Of a DNA stretch of 64,000 nucleotides, positions 27,796 through 37,219 are shown piece after piece; position 1 is the first letter of the stretch, and the number at the start of each line of letters is the position of its first letter. A model generated the notes under the pieces. It was given only the letters and a program-made list of their open reading frames with translations. It was not told the origin of the DNA and made no database searches. This DNA comes from Patescibacteria group bacterium. GTDB lineage: Bacteria > Patescibacteriota > Patescibacteriia > 2-12-FULL-57-11. Location: positions 252,594 to 316,593 of the forward strand of contig SCUL01000002.1 in the NCBI GenBank assembly GCA_004297205.1, in the 5' to 3' direction. The translations under genes were made by a program, and so were the position numbers.

Positions 27796-28868
27796 CACTT
27801 CAGGAGAATATCGGCGATGCGTTCCGCGGCGTGTCCGTCCCAGAGTTCTGGGACGCGGCCTTTCTTCCAAGTGCCGGCAAGCACGCGCTCCACGGCAGCG
27901 CTAATCACGGCCGGATCATGGCCGACGATTTCGCTCGTCCCCACGTCGACCGTGATCGGCCGTTCCGTTTGTCCGCGCAGGGTGAGACACGGCACGCCGA
28001 GCGCGGTCGTCTCCTCCTGGAGCCCGCCGGAGTCGGTGACCACGGCTTTGGCCGCGCGCACCAGCGCCAGCATGTCGACGTAACCGAGCGGTTCGATGAT
28101 GCGCACGCCGGGCGCGGCGGCGAGGGCCGTTCCTTCCAAACGGTCGCGGACGCGGTGATGGACCGGATAGACGAGCGGGAGACGCTCGGCGGTCTTGGCC
28201 AGCGTTTCCGCGAGCGCGCGGAAGGATTCCGGATCATCCACGTTCTCCGGCCGGTGGAGGGTCAGCACGCCATAGCCGCCGGGCGTGAGGCCGAGGCGCG
28301 CCAACACGCCGCTCTCGGCGGCCTGCGGTTCAAGCCGGCGCAGCGTATCGATCATGACGTTCCCGACCAGGTGGACGCGCTCGTCGGGAATGCGTTCGGC
28401 ATGCAAATTGGCGACGCCCGACGGCTCGGTCACGAACAGCCAACGGCTGTGGTGGTCGGCGATCATGCGGTTGAGCTCCTCGGGCATCGGCCAGTGGAAG
28501 GAGCGCAAACCTGCTTCGACATGCGCCACCGGGACGCCTGCCAGCACGCCGGCCATCGCCGCGGCCGCGGTCGAAGTGACGTCGCCGACGACGACGAGCA
28601 CGTCCGGCGCCTGCGTCTTCAGGATCGGTACGAGCACCTCGACGATCGCCTTGCTTTGGACGATACGGTCGCCCGGGCCCACGCCGAGGTGGACGTCCGG
28701 CGCCGGCAGCCCGAGGTCGCGGAAAAAGACGTCCGACATCAACGGATCGTAATGCTGGCCGGTGTGGATGAAGGTGATCCGCGCGCCGCGCGCGGCGAGT
28801 GCCGCGCGCAGGGGGGCGACCTTCATGAAATTCGGCCGTGCGCCGGCCACGAGCGCGATGTGTTTCAT
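27795..28868 (-). CDS. wecB: UDP-N-acetylglucosamine 2-epimerase (non-hydrolysing)
   Basis: GARPNFMK, HTGQHYD, GDV.ST, HVEAGLRS, PEE.NR, TLHRP.NVD, TDSGGLQEE, TERP, LWDG. Confidence 0.93.
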   Translation of the reverse strand: MKHIALVAGARPNFMKVAPLRAALAARGARITFIHTGQHYDPLMSDVFFRDLGLPAPDVHLGVGPGDRIVQSKAIVEVLVPILKTQAPDVLVVVGDVTSTAAAAMAGVLAGVPVAHVEAGLRSFHWPMPEELNRMIADHHSRWLFVTEPSGVANLHAERIPDERVHLVGNVMIDTLRRLEPQAAESGVLARLGLTPGGYGVLTLHRPENVDDPESFRALAETLAKTAERLPLVYPVHHRVRDRLEGTALAAAPGVRIIEPLGYVDMLALVRAAKAVVTDSGGLQEETTALGVPCLTLRGQTERPITVDVGTSEIVGHDPAVISAAVERVLAGTWKKGRVPELWDGHAAERIADILLK

Positions 28869-29590
28869 AACGGACTCCTTACGATAGGCCGTTCGGACGC
28901 CCGGGTCAAACGGCGAATCCTCCACAAGTCGCGAACAATGCCGAACAGCGCGCCAGCGCGAACGGTGGTCGTTGCATCATGGCGCCAACGAACCGGCAGT
29001 TCGATGATGCGCAACCCGGCGCGTCGCGCACGCGCGAGCACGTCAACATCGAACGCCCAGCCGTCGGTGGCGACGTCCTGAAAGAGCGCCGCGGCCGGCG
29101 CACGGAAACACTTGAAGCCGCACTGGGTGTCGCGGAACGGCAGACCGACGATCAGACGCACCAACAGATTGAACACGCGGCCGCTCTTCTCGCGCCACCA
29201 CGGCTGACGCGCCACGAGGTCGGCGCCGGTCACGGCGCGGGACGCGATGAGCACGTCGTGATCGGAAAGATACGGTCGGAATCCCTCGAACGCCTCCGGC
29301 TCGGTGGAGAGGTCGGCGTCCAAAAAGATGCGCCACTCCCCCGTTGCCGCGGCCATGCCGGCGCGCACTGCCGCGCCTTTCCCCCGATTCTGCGGCAGCC
29401 GAAGCAGGCGGATGCGCGGTTCGCGCGCTGCCGCTTCGCCAACGATGCGTGCCGTCGCGTCCGTGGAACCGTCGTCCACGATGACGATCTCCCAGTCCCC
29501 GAGACGGGCGGCGTACGCGGACACGCGCGCCAGGGCTTCGCCGATGGCGGCGGCTTCGTTGTATGCCGGGATGATGAAGGAGTACGTCAT
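28865..29590 (-). CDS. Glycosyltransferase family 2 (polyprenol-phosphate glycosyltransferase-like)
   Basis: IIPAYNE, VDDGSTD, NRGKG.AV, DADL, DTQCGFK, FDV. Confidence 0.9.
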   Translation of the reverse strand: MTYSFIIPAYNEAAAIGEALARVSAYAARLGDWEIVIVDDGSTDATARIVGEAAAREPRIRLLRLPQNRGKGAAVRAGMAAATGEWRIFLDADLSTEPEAFEGFRPYLSDHDVLIASRAVTGADLVARQPWWREKSGRVFNLLVRLIVGLPFRDTQCGFKCFRAPAAALFQDVATDGWAFDVDVLARARRAGLRIIELPVRWRHDATTTVRAGALFGIVRDLWRIRRLTRASERPIVRSPL

Positions 29591-30627
29591 GTGCGTGCCA
29601 ACTTTTCCCACGCCGCGACGATACGGCGGGCGATCTCTGCGGCGTCCGGCAACGCAGCTGCGGCACGGCGGGCGTTCTCACCACGGCGGCGCGCTTCGTC
29701 CGGATGCGCCAGCGCATCGGCCAACGCGGCCGCAAACGCGGCTTCGTCTCCCGGCGGCACGACCCAGCCGCTCTCGCCGTCGACGATCACTTCTCCCGCA
29801 CATCCGACATCGGTCATGACGATGGCGCGTCCTGCAAGCGCGGCTTCGATGGCGAGTCGGCTCCAAGATTCGTGGAGTGAAGGGATGGCGATGATCCCGG
29901 CAGTGTCGACCGACGCATCGCGTGTCCATCCCTGGATGATAATGGGACGCTCAATGTGAGCGTGGTCCTTATCTTCTTTACCAATAACGCGATCGATCTC
30001 GTCTTGAATTGTTTTCTGTTCAGGACCACCGCCGCGTATGCGCAGCAAAGGATGTGGAAATTGTTTGCGTACTTGAGCAAATGCTCTCACGAGCATGGGG
30101 AGATTCTTCTCTGTCGTCAGACGACCATCATAACGGATCTCGTTCCAATAGATGGTCTCGGTGCCGATGGCCGGCATCTTGGGCGCAACGGGAATGATCG
30201 TGATCCGGTCCGTAGAAACGATTTCCTGCAGCGAACGTGCCAGACGCGCACTCACGACGCGCACGCCGTCGGCGCGGCGCAGCTGGAAACGCGCGAGCAT
30301 GAGCCGAAGCGGACGATGCCACGCTTCCGCCGCCCACGCAGGATTGAAAAAGTCGCCGTGCATTTGCAGTTCGAGTTTCGCGCCGCGCAGCCGCGCAATG
30401 AGCCAGCCGGCGAGGCCGGCCTCGAAGGGGTCCTGCGCGGTCACGACCCAACCGTGGCGCACCGTCGCGAGGCCGCGCCACAGGACGGACGCGAACCGCA
30501 TCGGCGATGCGAAGACGACCGTGACCTCCGCCCCGAGCGCGGCATACCCCGCGATCCGTTTCGCCGTCGGCGAACCAGGACGCACGGCGTCCGCATCGCG
30601 GCTGATCATGAAAACCTGCACGGGCAT
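29587..30627 (-). CDS. Glycosyltransferase family 4 containing a low-GC internal segment
   Basis: TAQDPFE.G, Q.HGD, GRL..EKN, IEAA..G..IVMTDVGCAG; start at ATG 30627. Confidence 0.8.
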   Translation of the reverse strand: MPVQVFMISRDADAVRPGSPTAKRIAGYAALGAEVTVVFASPMRFASVLWRGLATVRHGWVVTAQDPFEAGLAGWLIARLRGAKLELQMHGDFFNPAWAAEAWHRPLRLMLARFQLRRADGVRVVSARLARSLQEIVSTDRITIIPVAPKMPAIGTETIYWNEIRYDGRLTTEKNLPMLVRAFAQVRKQFPHPLLRIRGGGPEQKTIQDEIDRVIGKEDKDHAHIERPIIIQGWTRDASVDTAGIIAIPSLHESWSRLAIEAALAGRAIVMTDVGCAGEVIVDGESGWVVPPGDEAAFAAALADALAHPDEARRRGENARRAAAALPDAAEIARRIVAAWEKLART

Positions 30628-30628
30628 A

Positions 30629-32884
30629 TCAGGGAACGTCGGACAGCGCGGCAACGAGCCCCTCCGTCATGCGCGCCACGGTGTACTGCGCGGCGGTGCG
30701 CTGGCCGGCCGCGGCCAGGCGCGCGGAAAGATCGGCGTCCTGCAGCAGGCGGACGACGGCCTCAACAAGCGCATCCACGTCGCCGTAGCGCACGACGAGC
30801 GCGTTCTCCTCGTGGCGCGCGACTTCCGCATTGCCACCCGCGTCGCTGGAGACGACCGGCGCACCGGCGGCGAGCGCTTCCACCAGCTGGTGCGAAAAAC
30901 CTTCATAACCCGTGTAGAGCACGAACACGCGCGCAGCCGCGGCGCGCGCCAGCACGTCGCCGTGCGGCAGACGGCCGGTCAGCGTTACGGCGTCCTTCAA
31001 TGCCAGACGCGCAATCTCCGCCTCCACGGCTGTGCGTTGCGGCCCGTCGCCGACGAGCGTCAAACGCGCGCCGGGAACGCGGGCGCGGATCGCGGGGAGC
31101 GCGGCAACGAGCTGTGCCATCCCCTTCCACGGCAGGAACCGTCCGGCGCTGAGGATCTCCGGCGCACGCGCCGCCAGCGCGGCGGCATCCGCCGCCGGCG
31201 GCAGTCCGTGAGCGTCAACGGCATTTTCCACCACGCGCACCCGCGTCTCCGGAACGCCCCACTGCCGAACGATGCCGGCAAGGTAATGGCTCGGCGTGAC
31301 GACGCGGGATGCGCGGCGTACCACGAACCGCTGGATGCGGCGCAACCGCTCCACGCCGGCGGCGTAGCGTTTCGACTGGAACGGATCGAGCAGGTCGGTC
31401 ACGCCGTGGCGCGACTGCCCCTGCTCCCAGGCATAGTCGCCGACGATCTTGATGGCAAAGGAGCGGCGCGCAAGCAGCGCGGCGAGCGCCGCAGGAAAAC
31501 CTGCCGAGACCGGATCCATGGCGAACACGACGCCGGTGCTGCGGGAACGGCGCAGGACGCGCCAGAAATACGCGAGGTGACGGACGCCGGGCGGCAGCGA
31601 GGATGAAACAACGGCGCGCGCCCCACCGGGCGGCGCAGGAATGGTCTTGGTGTCGCCGTAGGTGACGATGTCGACGCGCCAGCCGCGTGCAGACAGAATC
31701 GGGGCCACCGTGTTGACGTATGTTGCTGGCCCGCCGATGGCCGGCGGGAAAATGCCGGTCGCAAACAAGACGTTCTTGGACGTACCCAGACGTTCGTACA
31801 GGTCGGCGTACGACGGCATGATCTTCTCCCAATCGAACCGCGCCGCCGATGCCAACGATCCCGCCGCGAGACGGACGCGCAACGGTTCGTCAGAGAACAC
31901 GCGCATCAGTGCGGCGGCGAGGCGTTCAGGATTTTCGGCCGGCACAAGCACACCGCTCTCCCCGTCCGTAATGACGTCGGGAATGCCGCCGACGTTGGTG
32001 CCGACCGGCGGAACGCCGCAGGCCTGGGCCTCGATGAAGACGATGCCGAGTCCTTCGGCCAGCGACGGACAAGCGAAGACGTCGGCGGTGCGCAGGACGG
32101 CCAGCGCTTCGGCGTTGGGCAACGCGCCGCGGAACGTCACAGCTCCGGCGATCCCGAGTTCTTTGGCACGCGCTTCAAGCGCGGCGCGGTCGGCACCGTC
32201 GCCGACAAGGACCAGGTGCGCGTCAGGAACCGTCGTGCGGGTCCGCGCCAGCGCGTCGAGCAAATCACCCAGGCCCTTCTCCCAGGCCAGCCGCGCGATG
32301 CAAACGATGCGGTGGCGCACCCGCTCCTCCGGCCGTTGCGGCGCGATGCGCGAAAGATCGACGCCGTTCGCGATGACGGACACCCGCGCCGGGTCCGCAC
32401 CCAACCGCGCCGCGCGCGCGGCCAGGAAACCGCTGATGGCGGTGACGCGGTCGGGACCGGTATGGATCCGCCGCCACAGCCAACCGGGAATGCGCCGTTG
32501 TTTTTTGTCGCTGTCCAAGTCGCCGCTCTGCAACGTCAACACGCGACGCACGCGCGGCCGCAGGAGCCCGAACACCCACAGGGCGATGCCGGCATACGAT
32601 TCCATGACGGCGTGCGCGACGCGGGCCCGGATGCCGAGCGCGGCGAGCGGCGCCAGGATGCAGAAGAGCCACTTGTCGATCGGGTGCCCGATGCCGACCC
32701 GGCGGATCTCACCGAAGCCGCGGGTTTCGCGGGCCGGAACGCGGCGGGAGAGGCGGGACGTCAAAAGCACAAAGTGGTAGCGGTCGGAAAGACGGTCTAC
32801 CACTTCTTGCACGCAGCGTTCGGCCCCGCTCATCCACGGATCGTAGAAAGCGGAGAAGAGGATGATGGTGCGTTTCTCAGGCAT
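30629..32884 (-). CDS. Tandem GT4-GT4 fusion glycosyltransferase
   Basis: Two complete GT4 units: SGAE...PSLAEGLGIVFIEAQACG and TGIFPP.IGGPATY...YEGFSH.LVEA.AAG. Confidence 0.85.
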   Translation of the reverse strand: MPEKRTIILFSAFYDPWMSGAERCVQEVVDRLSDRYHFVLLTSRLSRRVPARETRGFGEIRRVGIGHPIDKWLFCILAPLAALGIRARVAHAVMESYAGIALWVFGLLRPRVRRVLTLQSGDLDSDKKQRRIPGWLWRRIHTGPDRVTAISGFLAARAARLGADPARVSVIANGVDLSRIAPQRPEERVRHRIVCIARLAWEKGLGDLLDALARTRTTVPDAHLVLVGDGADRAALEARAKELGIAGAVTFRGALPNAEALAVLRTADVFACPSLAEGLGIVFIEAQACGVPPVGTNVGGIPDVITDGESGVLVPAENPERLAAALMRVFSDEPLRVRLAAGSLASAARFDWEKIMPSYADLYERLGTSKNVLFATGIFPPAIGGPATYVNTVAPILSARGWRVDIVTYGDTKTIPAPPGGARAVVSSSLPPGVRHLAYFWRVLRRSRSTGVVFAMDPVSAGFPAALAALLARRSFAIKIVGDYAWEQGQSRHGVTDLLDPFQSKRYAAGVERLRRIQRFVVRRASRVVTPSHYLAGIVRQWGVPETRVRVVENAVDAHGLPPAADAAALAARAPEILSAGRFLPWKGMAQLVAALPAIRARVPGARLTLVGDGPQRTAVEAEIARLALKDAVTLTGRLPHGDVLARAAAARVFVLYTGYEGFSHQLVEALAAGAPVVSSDAGGNAEVARHEENALVVRYGDVDALVEAVVRLLQDADLSARLAAAGQRTAAQYTVARMTEGLVAALSDVP

Positions 32885-33857
32885 GGCCGATGCGGAACCA
32901 ATCGTAGGTGCGTCGCAACCCTTCGTCGAGCGGCACCTGCGGCTCAAAGGCAAGGAGTTCCCGCATGCGCGTCACGTCCGGGCAACGGTAGCGCACCTCG
33001 ATGGCGCGTTCCGGTTCGTGCACGGGGACGAGCGGCTTGCCGGACAACACCGCGATTTTTTCCGCGAGTTCGTTGATGGTCGTCTGCCGCCCGCTGCCGA
33101 TGTTGAACGTCTTGCCGTTCGCCGCGTCCGCCAACAGCGCATGCACGCCCGCCTCGACGTTATCGCTGATGAAGACGAAGTCGCGCGTCGCCTTGCCATC
33201 GCCGAAGATGACCGGCGGTGCTCCGGCCAGGGCGCGTTTCATGAATATGCCGACGACGAAACCGTACGCCGACGCGTTCTGCCGCGGACCGTAGACGTTG
33301 AAGAAGCGCAGCGAGCAGCCCGGGAGTCCAAAACGCCGCCAGTAGTTGCGGACCATGTTCTCGCCGACGAGTTTGGTGAGCCCGTACGGATCGTCGGCGT
33401 TGACGTTGAGCACGCCCTCTTCGCGCTCCGGCAGTTCCACCGGTTCGCCGTAGGCTTCCGACGATGAGGCGAAAACGAACTTCTTGACGCGGTGGGCATG
33501 CGCGAGCGCCAGCAGGAACTTGATACCGTCGATGTCCTTGAACACTTCCAACGGACGTTCGATCACGATCCGGACGCCGACCACGGCGGCGTAGTGGAAG
33601 ACATAATCGATCTTGTGCGCGGAAAAAATCTGGGCGACTTCCTCGAAACGATTGACGTCCGCGCGTACGAAAACGAACTCCGGGTGTCGGCGCGCCTCCG
33701 CAAGGTTCTGATCGGTGCCGGTGCTGAGGTTGTCGACACCGACGACCCGCGCGCCCAACGAAAGCAGCCGGTCGACGAGATGCGACCCGATGAAGCCTGC
33801 GGCACCGGTGACAAGCACCGTGCTGCCCTGTAACGCTCGGTAGTCCACGTTGGTCAT
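32877..33857 (-). CDS. NAD-dependent epimerase/dehydratase
   Basis: VTGAAGFIGSH, ASSSE.YG, YGLTK, RFFNVYGPRQ, TRDF. Confidence 0.92.
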   Translation of the reverse strand: MTNVDYRALQGSTVLVTGAAGFIGSHLVDRLLSLGARVVGVDNLSTGTDQNLAEARRHPEFVFVRADVNRFEEVAQIFSAHKIDYVFHYAAVVGVRIVIERPLEVFKDIDGIKFLLALAHAHRVKKFVFASSSEAYGEPVELPEREEGVLNVNADDPYGLTKLVGENMVRNYWRRFGLPGCSLRFFNVYGPRQNASAYGFVVGIFMKRALAGAPPVIFGDGKATRDFVFISDNVEAGVHALLADAANGKTFNIGSGRQTTINELAEKIAVLSGKPLVPVHEPERAIEVRYRCPDVTRMRELLAFEPQVPLDEGLRRTYDWFRIGHA

Positions 33858-33883
33858 CGTTGTGTTTCAGCCAATTTCCTGCG

Positions 33884-33913
33884 TATGATGGGGCATTCTT
33901 CGCCTCCCGTCAA
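33884..33913. promoter_or_regulatory. Divergent promoter region with overlapping -10 elements
   Basis: Minus strand TTGACG-17bp-CATCAT (33913-33885); plus strand TATGAT at 33884-33889. Confidence 0.4.
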
Positions 33914-35031
33914 TGGACACGCACCGCCGTCTCCTCCTCGTCGTCACCCAGTCGGATCTGGGCGGCGCACAACGCTATGTGCTGACCGTTGCCCGCGCCG
34001 CGGCCGCTTCGGGCTGGCAGGTCACCGTGGCGGCCGGACCCGACCCCTCGACGCGGCTCGGGGCGGGCGGGCTCGCTGCGGCGTGCGCTGATGCCGGCAT
34101 TGCCTTCCGCACGGTCGCGTCGCTCCGCCGCGAGATCCGTCCCGGCAGTGACCTGGCTGCGATCCGCGAACTGCGGCGTCTGATCCGCGAGCTCCGTCCG
34201 GACATCGTCCACGCCAATTCCTCGAAGGCCGGATTCCTGACGCCGCTCGCGCTCGTCGGCCTGCGCCCGCGGCCGCGGCACGTCTTCACCGCGCACGGCT
34301 GGGTGTTCCTCGAACCGGGCCGCAGCGGCCTGCTGTACCGCTGCCTGGAACGGCTCGCCGACCGTGGACGGGATGCGACGGTCGTTCTCTCGCCCCAGGA
34401 ACGCGACGCGGCACGGCGCGCCGGCATCGGCGCGCGCGGCCTGCATGTCGTTCCGCTGGGTGTCGTCCCCGCGTCGCACGACCGGGCCGCGGCGCGGGCG
34501 GCGCTTTCGGCCGCGGGCATTCCGGCCGATGCGGTCGTCCTCGGTTGCGTCGCGAACGCCTATCCCGCAAAAAACCTTCCGGCACTGATCGCCGCGTTCA
34601 CGCGCCTGCACGACGCCGCCGCGCACCTCGTGTTGGTCGGCGGCGGAACGGAACGGCTGCCCGGCGGCGCGCGCATCCATCTGCTCGGTCCCCGAGCCGA
34701 CGCGCGCGCGCTCATGGACGGCTTTGACGTCTTCGTCCTGCCGTCCGTCAAAGAAGGGCTGCCCATGACGCTGCTCGAAGCCATGGATGCGGGACTCCCC
34801 TGCCTGGCCACGTCCGTCGGCGGCGTCCCGAGCGTCATCGCCGACGGCATGAACGGATGGCTCACCGCGCCGGACCGGCTGGAAGACGGGCTGCGACGCG
34901 TCTTCGCGGCGCGCGAGACCTGGCCGCGCGCCGGCAAGGCGGCGTCCGATACGGTGCGGACCCTCTTCACGGAAGAACGCATGACGCGCGACACCCTCGC
35001 GCTCTACCGCAGCCTCACGGAATCCGGCTGA
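33913..35031 (+). CDS. Glycosyltransferase family 4
   Basis: GGAQRYV, HANSSKAG, FTAHGW, PSVKEGLP..LLEAM..G, VGG. Confidence 0.9.
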   Translation: MDTHRRLLLVVTQSDLGGAQRYVLTVARAAAASGWQVTVAAGPDPSTRLGAGGLAAACADAGIAFRTVASLRREIRPGSDLAAIRELRRLIRELRPDIVHANSSKAGFLTPLALVGLRPRPRHVFTAHGWVFLEPGRSGLLYRCLERLADRGRDATVVLSPQERDAARRAGIGARGLHVVPLGVVPASHDRAAARAALSAAGIPADAVVLGCVANAYPAKNLPALIAAFTRLHDAAAHLVLVGGGTERLPGGARIHLLGPRADARALMDGFDVFVLPSVKEGLPMTLLEAMDAGLPCLATSVGGVPSVIADGMNGWLTAPDRLEDGLRRVFAARETWPRAGKAASDTVRTLFTEERMTRDTLALYRSLTESG

Positions 35032-37219
35032 GGAAGAGCACGACCGCTTCATTCAGGGTGGGATCAAGTTGCCGCGCCCGTTCCGCTTCGGAACGGGCGC
35101 GCTCGTATTCCCCCATCCCGAAGAGCACCTCGGCAAGAAGCATACGCGCGTTGCCGGCCTTGGGAAACGCCTGGACGAGCCCTTCCGCAAGCGGCAGTGC
35201 CGACGCCGGCTGGCCTGCCTGTTGGTAGATCTGAATCGCGGCCACGAGGTCGTCCCCGCGCGTCCACGGATACCCGAGTTCCCGGGCCCGGGTAACGGCG
35301 CGCGCGGCGCCTGCCGCGTTGCCGGCGGCCTGATACGCGATCGCCAAATTCCAATGCACGTCCCGCACCCGCTCCTCGTCGGCCAGGCTGGCCTCGAGCA
35401 ACGCGACCGCGTCCGCGGCACGGCCCTCCAGGAGCGCGAGCTGGACGAGCGCGAACGTGACTTGTTGCCGTTTCGGAGAGAGAGCTTGCGCTTCTTCCAG
35501 TACCGTACGCGCGCGTTGCGCGGCCGTCGGGTCGAATCCCATCCGGGTGATGTAGATCTGTCCCAGCAGAAGCGCGTCGTAGACGTCCTTGCGCCCGGCA
35601 CGGTTCTCCTCGACCCGGCGCACGGCCCAGTCGAGCGCGGCGCGGCCGGCGTCGGTTCCGGGCGAAGACGCGGCGGCGGTCAGCACCTCGCGCGCGCCGT
35701 CCGCACGCAGGTCGACCCGGTGCTGCGTCGGCAGGGCGATGGCGCGATCGTACCAGGCCATGCCCTGGGCGAGGTCCCCGTACAGTCGGAGGGCGGACGT
35801 GCCCAGAAGCCCGTAGCGGTTTGCCTGGTACGGCACCGCAGCTAGCCAGACGGCGAGCGTGATGCCGACCGCGGCCGAGACGGCGCCGACGGCGCCAAGC
35901 GCGGCGCCTCCCAGCGCCCGCCCGGGCGCGGCCTCGGGCAACGGCCGCGCCGCGATCATCGCCAGGAGCAGGAAAAAATAAAGGTACGAGGTGTGCGAAT
36001 CGAACACGGTGAGATTCTGCAGGACGTAAGCGATCAGCATGCCGCCCGTGAGGATCCCTTCCCATTTCGGCGTCTCGCCGGCACGAATCTTCCTCTCCAG
36101 CGTCCAGAAGGCGGCGACGAACAGCGCCAGGTACGCCGCGGCTCCGACCGCCCCCGTGGTGGCGAGCACGTCGAGCAGGGTGTTATGCGGCCGGTCGAAC
36201 CACGTCTCGTACTGGCCGAACCGGTATGACTCGGGGTTGTAGTGCGCGTTGAAAACGTAATAGAAGTTTTCCGGCCCCCATCCCACCACGGGTTTTTCTT
36301 TGAACCCCTCGAGCGCGATCTCCCAGGCGATGAACCGGGTCCGCAAACCGCCGCCTTCGGAAAGCGTCGTCGTCAGCAGACGGCCGAACCCGGGGATGCC
36401 CAGCACCGCGGGATGGGTGCGGTTCGCGTACAACACCCCGAGCGCGATGATCGCGGCCAGCAGAAGAGAGATGCCCGTTTTCCGGTATCGCTTCTCGCGC
36501 ACCGCCAGCCAGGAAAGGAGCGCGAGGCCCGTCACGATGATCGCCAACAGCGTCCCGCGCGTCTGCGTGAACAGCAGCACGATCCCTTCCGCGATGCCGA
36601 GCACGACGAGCAGGACGCGGACGGACGGCGGCAGCGATTTGCGCACCACCAGGATGGCGATGAAGTACAGGTGGAACAGCAGGTAGTTCGCCAAATAGAT
36701 GGTGTTGCCGAGCGTCGCCCAAGGACGGCCGCTGGTGTTGGCCATGAAGCCCGTGTGGCCGCGCTCCCAGAGCGCCAGGACGGTCATGATGGCGCTCGCG
36801 CCGAGCGAGGCGAGCAGCACCATGCGCCACTCGCGCCGCGTGCGGTAGACGGTCGCGGCCATCAAGAAGAACGCAGCGTAATGCAGCATGGCAACGACGC
36901 CCGTCATGCGCTCATGGTTGGACCACAAGCTGCGCCACGGGTCCACGCCGAACGCGGCGGAAATGAGCAGGACGCCCATGTACGCGCCGACGGCGATGAG
37001 CAGCGGTTCTTTCCGCGGACGGTAGCGCGGCGCAACGGCCACGAGCAGCACGTAGAACGGCAGCAGCAGATCGACGAGGAGGCGGAAGCTCCAGACCTTG
37101 CCGACGACGAACGGAAACGTCGTCTCGCCGATGTAAATGAGCGGCGTCAAAAAAACAACCGGCAGGCCAACCTGGAGCACGCGCAGCGCGATCCGTTCCA
37201 CTCGTTCGGGTGCGATCAT
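35015..37219 (-). CDS. O-antigen ligase (WaaL/PglL-like) family protein with C-terminal TPR region
   Basis: Multi-TM; TLGN, TQTRG, GWGPENF, FDRPHN; TPR-like SPKRQ region. Confidence 0.85.
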   Translation of the reverse strand: MIAPERVERIALRVLQVGLPVVFLTPLIYIGETTFPFVVGKVWSFRLLVDLLLPFYVLLVAVAPRYRPRKEPLLIAVGAYMGVLLISAAFGVDPWRSLWSNHERMTGVVAMLHYAAFFLMAATVYRTRREWRMVLLASLGASAIMTVLALWERGHTGFMANTSGRPWATLGNTIYLANYLLFHLYFIAILVVRKSLPPSVRVLLVVLGIAEGIVLLFTQTRGTLLAIIVTGLALLSWLAVREKRYRKTGISLLLAAIIALGVLYANRTHPAVLGIPGFGRLLTTTLSEGGGLRTRFIAWEIALEGFKEKPVVGWGPENFYYVFNAHYNPESYRFGQYETWFDRPHNTLLDVLATTGAVGAAAYLALFVAAFWTLERKIRAGETPKWEGILTGGMLIAYVLQNLTVFDSHTSYLYFFLLLAMIAARPLPEAAPGRALGGAALGAVGAVSAAVGITLAVWLAAVPYQANRYGLLGTSALRLYGDLAQGMAWYDRAIALPTQHRVDLRADGAREVLTAAASSPGTDAGRAALDWAVRRVEENRAGRKDVYDALLLGQIYITRMGFDPTAAQRARTVLEEAQALSPKRQQVTFALVQLALLEGRAADAVALLEASLADEERVRDVHWNLAIAYQAAGNAAGAARAVTRARELGYPWTRGDDLVAAIQIYQQAGQPASALPLAEGLVQAFPKAGNARMLLAEVLFGMGEYERARSEAERARQLDPTLNEAVVLFLSRIP

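Noticed and set aside
29956-31152. + strand ORF beginning in the low-GC patch as a real overlapping gene
   Set aside because: No recognisable motifs; the remainder is typical antisense Arg/Ala-rich sequence.
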